Part shown: positions 1 to 12,379 of the stretch, one piece after another
How the letters are laid out: each line of letters starts with the position of its first letter
How positions within the stretch are numbered: the first letter of the stretch is position 1
Origin: Marsupella aquatica
Taxonomy: Eukaryota > Plantae > Marchantiophyta
Direction of reading: 5' to 3'
Assembly (NCBI GenBank): GCA_973895155.1
Contig: OZ316899.1
Location: 16,333,974 to 16,397,973 of the forward strand
DNA: 64,000 nt
Notes under the pieces: generated by a model
The model's database searches: none
What the model was told of the DNA's origin: nothing
Seen by the model: only the letters and a program-made list of their open reading frames with translations
Position numbers and translations under genes: made by a program

Positions 1-25
1 CTACCAGGAGTTTCGGAAGGCTCAT

Positions 26-1744
26 TTGGTTGAGATTGAGGCATGGAGGCAGCATTGGTTGCCTAATTACGTGTCCATCACCTATGGCACTAGTGCGGCT
101 GCCCAAACCATTGCCACAACTGCTTCTTCTTCTAGCAGCACTAGCCAGAGTGGCACACCATCCACCAGCAGCACTCCAGCAGCATCCACCGCTACTCCTA
201 CCGGTGTGATTGTGACAGGAACTGGAGTTGCGCCAGCATTTAACCCTGTGGTGGAATTCTTTGAGGTACTGAAGTAGAACTATCAGGGTGTAAGAACTGA
301 TAAGTTGAAGGGTCTTCAGGAGTTCCAGCGCAAGACTGGAGAGAGTCTACGTGAGGCATACACTCGTATGCGCAGATTGATCACTGTCACCAAGGGAGTG
401 ACAGAGGCTTAGGCAGTCCAGTTTTGGTATGCAATTTTGGACAGAGAATTGCGACGTAGAGTGAGAGATGTCACTCTGCTTAGGGATGCAGATCCCACAT
501 TAGCAGTTGTTTTTACACTTTCTGAGCGCATTGAGCTCAATATGGTGAATGAGAAGGTGGTGACTTCCGGATTTGCCAAGGAAGCACCAAAGGCTGCATC
601 CACATCCACACCACAGCCTACTACACGGAAGAGCCAGAGGGAGAAGCCTACTGCACGAGAGTCTACCAGCCAGAGACCTGTGCCCTCTTATGCTAGACAG
701 CAGTCAGGATGTTGGACCTGTGGTGGGGATCATGCACGGAGATATTTCCCAGATCATAGAGGATCAGGGGGAGCATCAGCGCCTGATCAGCGACAGTGTG
801 ATCACTGTGGAGCTCCTGGACACACCAAGGATATGTGTTTCTCACTCCATCTTGAGTTACGGAGAGGAGGATCCCGTACACATGATCAGGGAAGAGGAGG
901 AGGAGGTAGAGGCGGTGGACGTGGTCGTGGCATGCCACATGCAGGGAGACAGGGAGGTGACGCAGCCCCTGTTGTAACCATAGATCCAAAGGATGCGAAG
1001 ATTGCTCAATTGGAGCAACAGCTAGCTGCCAGGGCTAGTTCCCAGGTGAGACCTACTTCTGGTGATGGGGCATCAACATCCTATGGACCTTCCACATCCC
1101 ATGGTCCTTCCACATCTTATGGAGCTGATGGAGACCTTGCCACCATGGGATTCATGTGTGGCACTGCACATATTGATGCATCAACAGCTTTGACACGTGG
1201 GGCAGCCAAAGCTCTTGAGCCCCGAGGAGCAGTAGTGGAGTTAGATCCACAAAGGGGGGATGCACGTCCGTAGACAAAGCTTCCTTAGTCTTTTACATTG
1301 TCAGAGACAGTTCAGACTACCTCTATGAACCCGGTTTGGACAAACCCTAATGTGGGTAAGTTGGCAGAATCAGGTAGTGATGCAGCAGGGATGACAGGTA
1401 CCTTGCTGGGGGCGGCTATTGCCATGGTACATGCCCCATTATTTTCAGCGATAGACATGCTGAACTTGGGAGTTGGTCCTACAGAAGTGTTCAGATTGGC
1501 AGCTACACTCTGTGAGGACACTCCAGTGGTTGCTTCCCATGCAGAAGCAACTTGCAGTGTTGATGCAGTGAAGACCATGCCACCTACTGCTACTAGTGAG
1601 ACATGGCATGCAGCAGCAGCGAGGTTGATGGATTTACCAGCACGCCCTGCATTTGAGAGGACTAGGTTTAAACCTAGTGTTGTATCATTGGATAATTGGA
1701 GTGGTATCTTCCGATTAGTTGGGCCTTCTGGAGCAGTATACTAG
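26..1744 (+). pseudogene. gag: gag remnant with zinc knuckles
   Basis: CDHCGAPGHTKDMC (CCHC) plus a degenerate CWTCGGDHARRYF, followed by a Gly/Arg-rich tract; frame broken by TAG stops. Confidence 0.75.
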
Positions 1745-1753
1745 CCAGAGAGG

Positions 1754-2098
1754 GTGTTATTGGATACTAGTGCTCAGCCCTTGATGTTGGGAAAGTTTGT
1801 CATACGTGGATTGGGATTGCGTCCAGAGGATTTGGAGGATTGTCCCTTTCCCATTCAAACTTCATTGGGGGGACCTACACCTACACAGCACATTACCAAG
1901 AGACCTCTTGATTTAAGGATTCAGGAAGGTCATATCACAGATAGCTCACAGATACAGGCGCGAGCTATTTTGACTAAGGCAGAGTCATATGATGTGTTGG
2001 TGGGATGTACAGTGCTCTACCCCATGGGATTTATTCTTGATTTTTGGAGGAATCAATGTCATATAGACCTGATTGGCAGTCAGAAGATGCTCAATTGA
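1754..2098 (+). pseudogene. Retroviral-type aspartic protease
   Basis: LLDTSAQ (D-T/S-G-A-like catalytic motif) and a downstream YDVLVG motif. Confidence 0.8.
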
Positions 2099-2412
2099 GA
2101 AAATTTCCAGTGAGATTTAGTGGACCTATGGGAGGCCCTAAATCCACACCATTGTCCTTGGCAGCATTCAGTGGTCTAATTGCTAGACTTGATGATTTGA
2201 TTGAGGGTAATGCGCATGCAGCAGATGTTCCACCATTGGAGGAGTCTCATAAGGAGCACATCATGCGAGGATTACCTGTTGGCAGTGTTGTGCCACCAGT
2301 GTGGGGCACTACACAGGCCTTGCCACAGACAACAGCACGATTGGTACATGATGCATGGCGTCATGCTTTTACACCACAGTCAGGAGCATAGTAGCCTCTT
2401 GCAGATGGACCT

Positions 2413-3430
2413 GTGACTCTTTCACCATTGGATACCACTCCTATTGCTTGGCAGCATCCACCGGAGGGTATTTGTTTGTTGGATCTTTTTGGTGGGATTA
2501 GCACTAGATTGGCTGCTGTTCTTCAGGCAAGAATTCCTATGCGTTGTTATTTGTATGTGGAGTCAGATGAGACAGCACGGAGGGTCTCATTGCGACATGT
2601 GGCTATGTTGGTGGATAGATATCCACAGTTGCTGCCAGTGGATGTTGTTCATGGTTATCAGCATGCACTACCTGCTGATATTTCATTGCTGGGGGCAGAT
2701 CATCTGCATCGTGTTGGCCCCATTGATTTGGTGATTGCTGGTTGGCCATGTCAGGGCCAATCTAGAGCTGGCATTAGGCATGGACTTCATGATCCACGCT
2801 CTGCATTGTTTTGAGAGATGTTACGGGTGCTGCGTCATCTCCAGCTACATCAAACACAGTCTCCAGCATACATTTTGGAGAATGTGCCATTGTTAGGTGA
2901 TGATCGTAGTCGGATTGTTGCCAGTGTTCACTAGGTGAGGTCTTGGATTGGACCTGCTGGGTTATTGGATGTTGCACGTGTGGGTTCTCGTGCACATCGT
3001 CCACGCTTGTGGTGGACTAATTTGATCCCATGTGAGGTGCTGAAGCGTGCATTTGACAACATTCCACGCTCACCAGCCTTAGTGGTGGATGATATTTTGG
3101 ATCCAGGGCGTCGTGACAGGGTGTGACCCAACCTGATAGACCTCCATTAGCAATGGTCAATGCAGTTTGGTGCCCACGTTGTGCATTACCCACTCTTGTA
3201 AGCCACTCTGCTTCATATGCATTCAGAGCAGGTGGCCCTGGACTTGTGTGGGACACAGCTCTCCAGTAGTTAGTGGAACCTACTGCTGATGAGAGAGAGC
3301 GTGCTATGGGATTTTTGACTGGCACCACTGTAGTTGCCTCTATGTCAGAGGGTTTGCCACGCCAGGTTCTTGGTCAAGCAATGGACCTGAATTGTTTGAC
3401 TTGGATTATCAGCTTGGGAGTAGCTGAACA
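2413..3430 (+). pseudogene. DNMT3-like C5-cytosine DNA methyltransferase domain within pol
   Basis: Motifs in canonical order: I LLDLFGGI, II YVESD, IV GPIDLVIAGWPCQ, VI ILENV (~2870-2886), VIII AHRPRLWWTN, IX ERERAMGF, X RQVLGQAM. Stops at ~2812 and ~2932 and a frameshift near 3125. Confidence 0.88.
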
Positions 3431-3686
3431 GTTGCGGATGCGCTCTACTGGAATTATTGATTGTCCCTTGGTGAGCTTGCGGTCCACTGAGACAGTACTG
3501 ACCACAGATGGGGGCGAGCAGACAATCCATGGACCTATGGCAGGATTGACCAAGGCTGGACAGATTGTTGAGCAGGAAGGGACTGCTCAATCTATTGCTA
3601 AATAGCAATCATCGGCTATCTCTTCTACCCTACAAAGAGATATTAGGGATTTGGTGGAGAGTTAGGAACCACAGCTTGGCCCTAAG

Positions 3687-5100
3687 TTGACAGGGGAGGA
3701 GAGACGTCGCATGCCCCTGAAGAGTTACTGGAATTGTTTTGCATTTAGCATGAAAGATTTGGGGACATTAAAAGGTCCTGGTATTCAGATTGAATTGGCT
3801 AGTGATGCGCCAATCTTTCATAGGCCATACCGTTATAGTGACATGGAGAGAGATCTGATTCAAAGCAGAACTCAAGATTTTTTGGAGGCTAGATTGGTGG
3901 AGATTTCATATGGGGAGTATGCATCTGCCACAATGATGCCAGCCAAGAAGGATGTGCATGGCAATTACACAGATAGGCGCATGTGTGGTGATTACAGACC
4001 CATTAATTGCCAGACAAAATCTGATAGATATGCCATGCCCACACCTGAGGAGATCTTTGATGCTGTGGGGCATGCAAAGGTTTTTAGTTCATTGGATCTG
4101 AGGACAGGGTACTATCAGCTTCCAATTAGGCATGCTGACAAGTCCAAGACAGCATTCTGGGGGATTGATTCTTATGGCAAAGATCGTTTGTATCAGTGGT
4201 TATTCTTACCATTTGGGTTGAAGAATGCACCAGCTGAGTTTCAGAGAGTCATGGATCGAATCCTTGCAGGTTTGGATTTTGTCAGATGTTATATTGATGA
4301 TATTTTGGTCTATTCTTCTACTGTGGAAGAACATCAACAGCACTTGCAGACTGTGTTGGAGAGATTGAGAGCACATGGGTTGAAGCTCCATCCTAGCAAG
4401 TGTAAGTTCTTCCAAGACCAGATTGAGTATTTGGGCCACACTATATACCCAGGGGGATTGGGTGTACAGCAGACTAAAGTGGAGGCCATTACACAGATTC
4501 CTTGTCCTACTAATGTGAGTAGAGTTCGTGCATTCTTGGGATTGGCGAGCTACTACAGGAGGTATGTTAAAGGATTTAGCCAGCTTGCTAAACCTTTGAC
4601 CATACTCACTAAGTTGGATCAGGAATGGATTTGGGGTGATGACCAGGAGCATGCCTTTCAGGAGTTGAAGCAAAGGTTGGCATCATCCCCTATTTTGAGA
4701 AGACCCATTTCAGGCAGACCATTTCAACTACACACTGATTGGAGTGGAGTAGGACTTGGAGCAGTGCTGACTCAGAATGATGATGAGGGGAATGAGTTTG
4801 TTGTGGCTTATGCCGTAGATCAAACAATTCAGCAGAGGCTAAGTATAGCTCTTATGAGGGAGAGTGTTTGGCAGCAGTGTGGGCTGTTGCACACTTTCGT
4901 TGCTACTTGTTTGGTAACCCCTTCACCTTGATCACTGATCATCAGCCTCTTAAGTGGTTAATGGAGTCTGACAAGCTTACAGGGAAGCTTGCACGATGGG
5001 CATTGTTGTTACAGGAGTATGATTTCCAGGTGGTGCATAGGCCTGGAAAAGTGAACTTGGATGCAGATGGATTAAGCCGCAATCCATGTACCAGTCAGCA
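3687..5100 (+). pseudogene. pol: Reverse transcriptase and RNase H
   Basis: RMCGDYR, LDLRTGYYQ, PFGLKNAP, YIDD, FLGLASYYRR, HTDWS, ITDHQPL, ARWALLLQEYDF; frameshift near 4815. Confidence 0.95.
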
Positions 5101-5313
5101 GGATGAGACTGGAGCCAGATGGCATGATGAGTCAGATAAGGAGATAGTGCTAGGATGGCATGCATCTGCCTTTCTTTGTTGGGTGCCAGCATACAATGGA
5201 TCTGTGGACTCTACCTCATTGGATGGAGTGGATGATGAGTCTTCAGATGTGAATGTTGGTGAGGTAACTTCTGGACAGCAAGATATTCACAATGATGTGA
5301 GAGTGTTGGAATA

Positions 5314-6724
5314 TTGTGCAGTGGTTCTATTGTTGGCAGTGTTGATGCCAAAGAACGTGACAGGGTTCTACAAAGAGCCAAGAGGTTTCGATGGGAGGGA
5401 AACCATCTTTTGAGACCACTGCATGATGGTAGGGTGTTGGTGGTACCAAAACCATCACAACGAGTACATTTGGTGCGACATGCACACGAGGAGTTGGGTC
5501 ACTTTGGTGTGAAGCGCACTTATAGCTTGCTGCAGACACAGTATTGGTGGCGTGGTATGCACACTCATGTCCAGCAGTTGATAGCTAAGTGTGTGGTATG
5601 CGATAGAGTGAGAGCATCATTTAATGCTCCCACTCCCCAGTTGCACCCGTTACCGATCATGGGTTTGGGATATCGTTTAGGGTTTGGATTTTGCTGGTCC
5701 ATTGCCTCTTACCCAACGCCATAATCGGTATGTTTTGGTCATGGTGGAGCACTTCTCCAAGTGGATTGAGCTAGTGGCGCTGCCAGATAAAGCCAGTGGA
5801 GGAGTTGCTGCTACATTTTTGGATCGTGTACTCAGTCATTTTGGAGCACCAGCTGAGGTGTTGACTGATCAGGGAATTGAGTTTCGTGGAGAGTTTGAGA
5901 GTTTGTGTGAACAAGCTTTGATTGATCATCGTACTACCTCTCGTGATCATCTTGAGGCAGATGGATTAGCTGAGAGAGTTGTGCAAACTGTGAAGAGAGG
6001 ATTGCGTAAGTATGGCTTGCAGGTTGGTCATCTGGGAGATTGGGATCTCCAGCTACCTTGGTTAGCTATGGACTACCGTTTCAGTCGACAAGCATCACTT
6101 GCATCCTTCTCACCTTACTTTTTGCTCTATGGTAGAGAGCCAGATTTGCCAGCAGCTATTCGTCGTGATGCTGCACCAGTTGTGAACTTGGATGATCCTG
6201 ATGTTTGGGTCAAGGTGTGTTCAGAGAGAGCACGGGTATTTCAGAGAGTGATGCCCATGGCTTTTGACAACCTTGCCATTGCCCAACATCGTGATACTTT
6301 GAGGTATGCCACTATTCGTGGAGGAGGTTACCGTGCAAGCATTCGACGATTTCATCTTGGTGATTATGTTTATTTGCAGCAGACAGCACCCACAACACTT
6401 GATGTGACCACAGGCCGAACAATCTTACGTGTGCGTGAAGTGTTGCCTTCTGGTGTCCTGATGTTGGAGGGACGCGATGGTATGGTTTGGAAGGATCATG
6501 TGCACAACTGTGCACCATGTCACCTTCCCAACATTGATGGTACAGTAGATCCAAGCTTGGCACATGTTCGTGCTGGCTTGAAATGTATGTTGTGTGAATC
6601 TGCTCAGGGAGCAGCTACTATGTTGATTTGTGATAAGTGTTCTAGAGGATGGCACATGTCATGTTTGACACCACCATTGCAGGTGATTCCTAGTGGATCA
6701 TGGTTGTGTCCTCAGTGTTGGTGA
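5314..6724 (+). pseudogene. Integrase (HHCC + DDE) with C-terminal PHD finger
   Basis: HEELGH...CVVC zinc-binding region, DFAGP, TDQG, GLAER. C-terminal CMLC..ICDKCSRGWHMSCL..WLCPQC is a C4HC3 PHD. Frameshift near 5680. Confidence 0.92.
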
Positions 6725-6897
6725 AGCCGACTAGTTATCATTTGTGTTCTCTTGGCAGATATGGGTTGCAGGTAGGTGATTGATGGGGCTCACTTGCACC
6801 CGGCCTCCTGATCTTCACACCTAAAAAGGTGTATATCAACCTTGTAGAACTCATGGCTAGCTAGAGTTAGGGGACCTTACTCCCAGCTAATGGGGCA

Positions 6898-7495
6898 ATT
6901 GTGGGTTTTGGACATGTGTGGACATGAGTTCCACTTGTATTCCATTCTCTTGTGTTTGTGATGTGGCAGTGTGACTATGTTTGGATGTATGTGACAAGCG
7001 ATGTATGTTGTGTAGCGATGTGTATGCGGGAGATAGCTGTCACACCATTCTAGGTAGTGTTAGAGTGTATCGTACTATCTAGATCCGTATGTTTGGTATG
7101 TGTGCTATATGAGCCGATAAGGTTCCATCAGGTTTGTGTGAGAGGGTACTTCTCACTTGTGAGGCATTGAAAGGTCATCTTTCAATGTTGAGCCTTGGAG
7201 AGAGAGGAGCTTGAGTGGCCATGGTGGCTGTGAGCTCCACTTGTGTAACGTGGATTCCTTGAGTAGTGCAAGGTATGTTGGCTTGACATACATGTGTGAT
7301 CGGATCGGTGCGGGATCGATGGGGTATTGTTGACCGGGATCGTTGTGCCGATTGTATGGAGATTATTGTGGGTTTTGGACATGTGTGGACATGAGTTCCA
7401 CTTGTATTCTATTCTCTTGTGTTTGTGATGTGGCAGTGTGACTATGTTTGGATGTATGTGACAAGCGATGTATGTTGTGTAGCGATGTGTATGCG
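6898..7495 (+). repeat. 131-bp direct repeat pair (6898-7028 and 7365-7495) at the Gypsy 3' end
   Basis: attgtgggttttggac...gatgtgtatgcg occurs twice with one mismatch seen. Confidence 0.9.
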
Positions 7496-9849
7496 CACGA
7501 CATACAACTTTTTTGCTTGACGCCATGTAGCAAGGTGTGTCATTCCAAATGGTGAATGAGTCAATGTGATCCAACTTCTCAGCCCAATCAATGTGAAGGT
7601 ACTCAAAGATTGAGCCTGTGTGGGCAAATGAACTACTGTGCACGATGCACAGGAAACCGTCGTTTGTGAGTAGAGAGTCTGCCAATGTCTTCGCCACTTC
7701 TAGGTCACTGAGCCAAAATCTATTCCACACTGGAACATTATTTTCAGCCTGCGCTATGCGATAATCTGTCCCTAGCTGAACAAAGATCATATCACAACCA
7801 TGGCCCTTAGGTACACCATCAACTATCCAACCTTGTTTTTGCAAGCCAGCCAACTTCAATTTCTTACACCAGTCCCGGAATTCCCTCATGAATGGAGGGA
7901 GAGGCAACTTTCCCGTGGTTGGCTGGTATTTGTCCTTCAGCCAAGAAGAACACTCTAGTAAGGTCATATGCTCTTTTGCATGGCAAAATTGCAGGGCACA
8001 TGTAATAGCATGAGAGGGCCAAGGTACTCCAAGAATTTTGCAAAGATCATCCTCCAGAATTTATGGGGCTTCTGTTGAAACTGGCTTCTTTGTGGGTTCG
8101 TCTATCCTCTTCTCGGCTTTCTTCTTTGGCCGACTGGTTGGCTTACCAGAGATTTGTGGTTTGCTTGGGGTCCCACTCGGGGTCCTGCTTGGGGTTGAAA
8201 GGTCAGGCTCCTCCTCCTCATGGCCCTCTGCATTGTCCCCGGTGGTCATCTCATCCTCCTCTCCATTGTCCCCACTCATCGCTTTCTCATCCTCCTCTCC
8301 ATTGTCCCCGGTCTTTCTCGGCTCCATTTTCTCATCCATCGGACGATGTTTGCTTGAGGTAGACCCTGGGGTTCCAAACTTTTCTTTACTTTTTTCTGTA
8401 GAACAAAATAAGGAGTTTAGTATACATTTTACAATGATACTATCTCGGAGAGGCTCTCAAACATAGGTCAGATGTACAATGCAAGCTAGGGTGTAAACCT
8501 TACCAGGAGTGCCTTGTTCTGAGGTGGTGTCTGCTGATTCCTTTTCTTTCTTCCCCCAAACCTTCTTCCCATCATACTCTGGCTCTCCAAGAGGCAAAAT
8601 GGCCTCCAAGTCCAATGCAGCCTTTGTCGACTGCTCAAGATCTGCCAACTTTGAAGGCGCAAAAAGGTTGTATGGTAGTTTCCCCTCCTTTAGGAGGTTG
8701 GCAGCTTCCTTCTCTTCGGCCGTAATGAACTCATTCCAATCATTGAACTCCATGAACCATGGAAATTTTGTCTCTCCCAGTCTGAAAAGACTCTTGCTGC
8801 TGGCTTCAGCCCACCTGTTGGATACATTGATAGCGGGCCTTTCTCCGTCATCCATGTAGTCAGAGCACTTGGTAACACTTTGAAAGTAGAGGCTCCAATG
8901 CTCTCCTGATGAAGTAAATATCTAACCACACACCTCTTTGCACGCTTCCTCCACACATCTTTGCTTTGCTTTGCTGGATTCCACATCTTCTTGCCCTCCT
9001 CATAGGACCAAGTCTGTACAAATTGCTTGTACATCTTGTTGTGAAACTCAACAAACTCGTCTTTGCTTCCATTGAAGTTCTGCCACTCACCAGAATCATA
9101 TGCACTCTCGGCAAACTCTGACATTATCAAACTGCCAACGTGGGCAATGTAACACCACATTGACCACACTAGCAACCAAGCTCTCACTGCTGAATCACCA
9201 TATACATCTGGATGGTGGTGTCACTTCTTCTCCTCCGCGGTTGAGAAATGAACGCGGAGTAACTTTTTTCGACACTTAGCAGGCATCACAGCACTTGCAA
9301 ACAATTTAACTCGATCCAACCCCACTTGCACTTGTGGACGATCTTTCTGTTTACTCTGCAACTGGTGCAGCTCCTCGGCAATCTCCAAAAATTCCTCTCC
9401 ATTTGCTGGATTGACAATTTGAGCAAACTTCTGCATTTTGCCCTCCCAAGACCTACAAGCTTCACTCGTCATGGTGCGGTTTCCTTCTGGAACTTATCCA
9501 AACTCCAGGCATGGCCAATTGCAGCATCGGCTGCCATCTCCTTCGCAAGTCGAATCCTCCCATCTTCAATATTATTCCATGACATGATGTACACAACAAC
9601 ATCCTTTGTCATGCACTTGCTATACCATGTCTTTCCATGCCCATGGCTTCTTGCTGCTAAGAATCTAGCATAACCATCCGGATGAAGCAATGTCTGATAT
9701 TCCTCCAAAGGTGTCATCAACAGCTTCTTCACCCTGTCTGCGTCGGTCAACCAAGATGTCTGCACAATGTTTGCGCTTATCGTGCGTAAAAGAAGCGACA
9801 AATGTTGGCATCAAAGGCTATGTACGAGCAAATTACATCTCTCTTGGCA

Positions 9850-10200
9850 TGGATATCTCGGAGAGGCTCTCCGAGAAGGCATCGCTCTTCAAGAAGGCAC
9901 TCCAAGAAGGCATCGCTCTTCAAGAAGGCATGGATATCTCGGAGAGGCTCTTCGAGAAGGCATCGCTCTCCAAGAAGGCATGGATATCTTGGAGAGGCTC
10001 TCCGAGAAGGCATCACTCTCAAAGAAGGCATTGATATCTTGGAGAGGCTCTCCGGGAAGGGAAGGTTCTTTCTATCTTGGAGAGGCTCTCCGAGAAGGGA
10101 AGGTTCTTTCTATCTTGGAGAGCCTCTCCGAGATAGCATTTTGAGAGCCAAACATTGTATGTGTGTATGTATCTATCTCGGAGAGCCTCTCCGAGATAGG
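9850..10200. repeat. Intronic palindrome array (about 7 copies of TCTCGGAGAG-G/C-CTCTCCGAGA)
   Basis: Directly visible between the ParB-like exon and the next exon. Confidence 0.9.
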
Positions 10201-10785
10201 ATTGCCTATGTGGGTGCAAAAGAACAACAAATGCAAGAACAACCAAAAACCAAGGGGGCAGAAACTTACGCATTGAGGCCGTGCATTGCCTGCTCAATCT
10301 TCCTGAATCCTTGTTTTCCGGGCTGTAGAAGAGAGAATCTCACGCAAGGGTGGTACTTCTGCTCGTCAGGATACTCTTCAGCCACTTGTCTCCGTGCATT
10401 CAGGCGATGATTTCCATCAAACACCCAAAACATCTTACCCTTCAAAACGTGAAACTCCTCGTACTCATCACACTCCATCTCAAATTTTGCGTTAGCTTGT
10501 TCCCATAGAGGGTCCCAATCCGCGGGAAATTCAGACATGGAGTGGGTGGCGTTATGCGCATTGGTCTCTGATATGTGGAATTCCAAAAACTTGTCCACAT
10601 ACCCATTCTTCACGAAGTCCTTCTTCATCTTGAGAATGGAGCTCTGTTGGAGAGTCCGAACTGCCTCCATTGTCATCAAACGACATAGTGGAATCCAAGG
10701 TGGCTCTCTGGGCTTCCCACTTGGTTCAACTCCAAATGAAACCAAGTACTCCCCAACAATCCCTTCGAATGCACCTTTGTTTAGA

Positions 10786-11150
10786 CTCAATTGCATCGCT
10801 TCCACCACTTGAACTCACACTCGCACCACTTCCAGCACTCGCACCACCACAACTCAGTCGCAGCAAGCTCAATCACTGGCAGTGGCACAACACAACACTC
10901 AATCGCATCGCCACAGCTCACCGCACTCAATTGCACCACTTCCACCACTTGAACTCACAATCGCACTGCTTCTAGCACTCGCACCACCACAACTCAGTCG
11001 CAGCAAGCTCAATCACTGGCAGTGGCACAACACAACACTCAATCACACCGCCATAGCTCACCGCACTCAATCACACCGCTTCCACCACTTGCACTCACAA
11101 TCACACTACTTCCAGCACTCGCACCACCACAGCTCACAGCACACAGCTCA
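10786..11150. repeat. 140-bp tandem repeat, about 2.5 copies
   Basis: tccaccactt recurs at 10801, 10941 and 11081. Confidence 0.9.
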
Positions 11151-11739
11151 TAGCACACAGAGCGTGGAGAGGGAAAGATCACAAAGCAACTTACGCTCTC
11201 CAAGAAACATGAGGTAAATTGCATTCGCACTCGCACTCGCTTGGCCTCAATTGGTTGCCTTTCAAACGAGGAAAGGCAAGAGACGGCGGGGACTCACCAA
11301 AGTAGTCATCATCATCATTAGACAACGGAAGATCTAGGGGCATCTCAACAGAATTCACTATCGCAGTCACGCAGGTCGAGTCCCATCCAAGCAACGGGAG
11401 ATCTATGGGACCACTCATTGATTACAAGTGGTAGGGGCCACGGGAGGAAGTTGACATGTTAGCAGTTTATTGGCTTATATGTAGTCGTACTCTGATAATG
11501 ATGAATGCCTAGATTTGACTCATGTCAGAGTTGCAACACTGAAATACCTGTACAAATGCTTTCATTATTACTACCCCTTCACGCCATAATGTCCTTGGTA
11601 CGATTGATTCCAGACCAGAGAATATTTCCTATCATTCCTTAGTATTAATGAGTACGATCGTTCAACGACCGGATTTAATCCAAAATATATATAGTACTCG
11701 CATGACATGTCAGGCCAATCTCAACTTCCTCATTGTCTC

Positions 11740-12300
11740 CAAGATGACATGTCAAGCCAGGACCCATGTCAGATAAGCTCTCCACTTTGACATGTAAAGT
11801 CGGGACTTAAGTCGGAGAGGCTCTCCGAGATGACATGTCACGCCAGGACCCATGTCAGATAAGTTCTCTGAGATGACATGTAAAGTGGGGACTTAAGTCA
11901 GAGAGGCTCTTCGAGTTGACATGTCATGGAGGACCCATGTCAGAGAGGCTCTCTGAGATGACATGTAAAGTGGGGACTTAAGTTGGAGAGGCTCTCCAAG
12001 TTGACATGTCATGGAGGACCTATGTCAGAGAGGCTCTCCGAGATGACATGTAAAGTGGGGACTTAAGTCGGAGAGGCTCTCCGAGTTGACATGTCATGGA
12101 GGACCCATGTCAAAGAGGCTCTCCGAGATGACATGTAAAGTGGGGACCTAAGTCGGAGAGGCTCTCCGAGATGACATGTAAAGTGGGGACCTAGGTTGGA
12201 GAGGCTCTCCGAGATGACATATCATGGAGGACCCATGTCAGAGCCTCTCCAAAATTGAATATTACACAAGATTAGACCTCTGAGAGGCTCTCCGAGATGA
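11740..12300. repeat. ~85-bp tandem array, two palindromes per unit (central G)
   Basis: Alternating spacers gacatgtaaagtggggacttaag and gacatgtcatggaggacccatg. Confidence 0.9.
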
Positions 12301-12379
12301 CATATCAGGTTGGTGAACCACTATGGAGAGCCTCTCTGACAAGTATTGGGCCTAATCCTTGCTACACACTTGAAGCTGG

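Larger units (their letters stand above)
1..7495 (+). mobile_element. Degenerate Ty3/Gypsy LTR retrotransposon (gag-PR-DNMT-RT-RH-INT-PHD); 5' end outside window
   Basis: Domain order PR, RT (YIDDIL), RNase H (TDWS, TDHQPL), integrase is the Gypsy order. Many in-frame stops and frameshifts. Right boundary set where the second 131-bp repeat abuts the interrupted minus-strand gene. Confidence 0.92.
7498..11210 (-). pseudogene. Multi-exon gene: ParB/sulfiredoxin-like domain, helical middle region, acidic linker, possible methyltransferase-like C-terminus
   Basis: ORF 10266-10808 has FWVFDGNHRLNA (ParB/Srx-type DGxHR). Downstream pieces lie at 9469-9801, 9221-9472, 8457-9187, 8061-8398 and 7500-7967. 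Minus-strand GTAAG donors occur at ~11194, ~10269 and ~8503. Frameshifted. Confidence 0.65.

Noticed and set aside
2413-3430. Bacterial restriction-modification or contaminant origin of the MTase
   Set aside because: It is embedded in a Gypsy pol, decays like its neighbours and has DNMT3-type motifs.
7182-7497. C-terminal part of the 261-aa ORF 7182-7967
   Set aside because: Read-through into the antisense strand of the Gypsy terminus, not genuine coding sequence.
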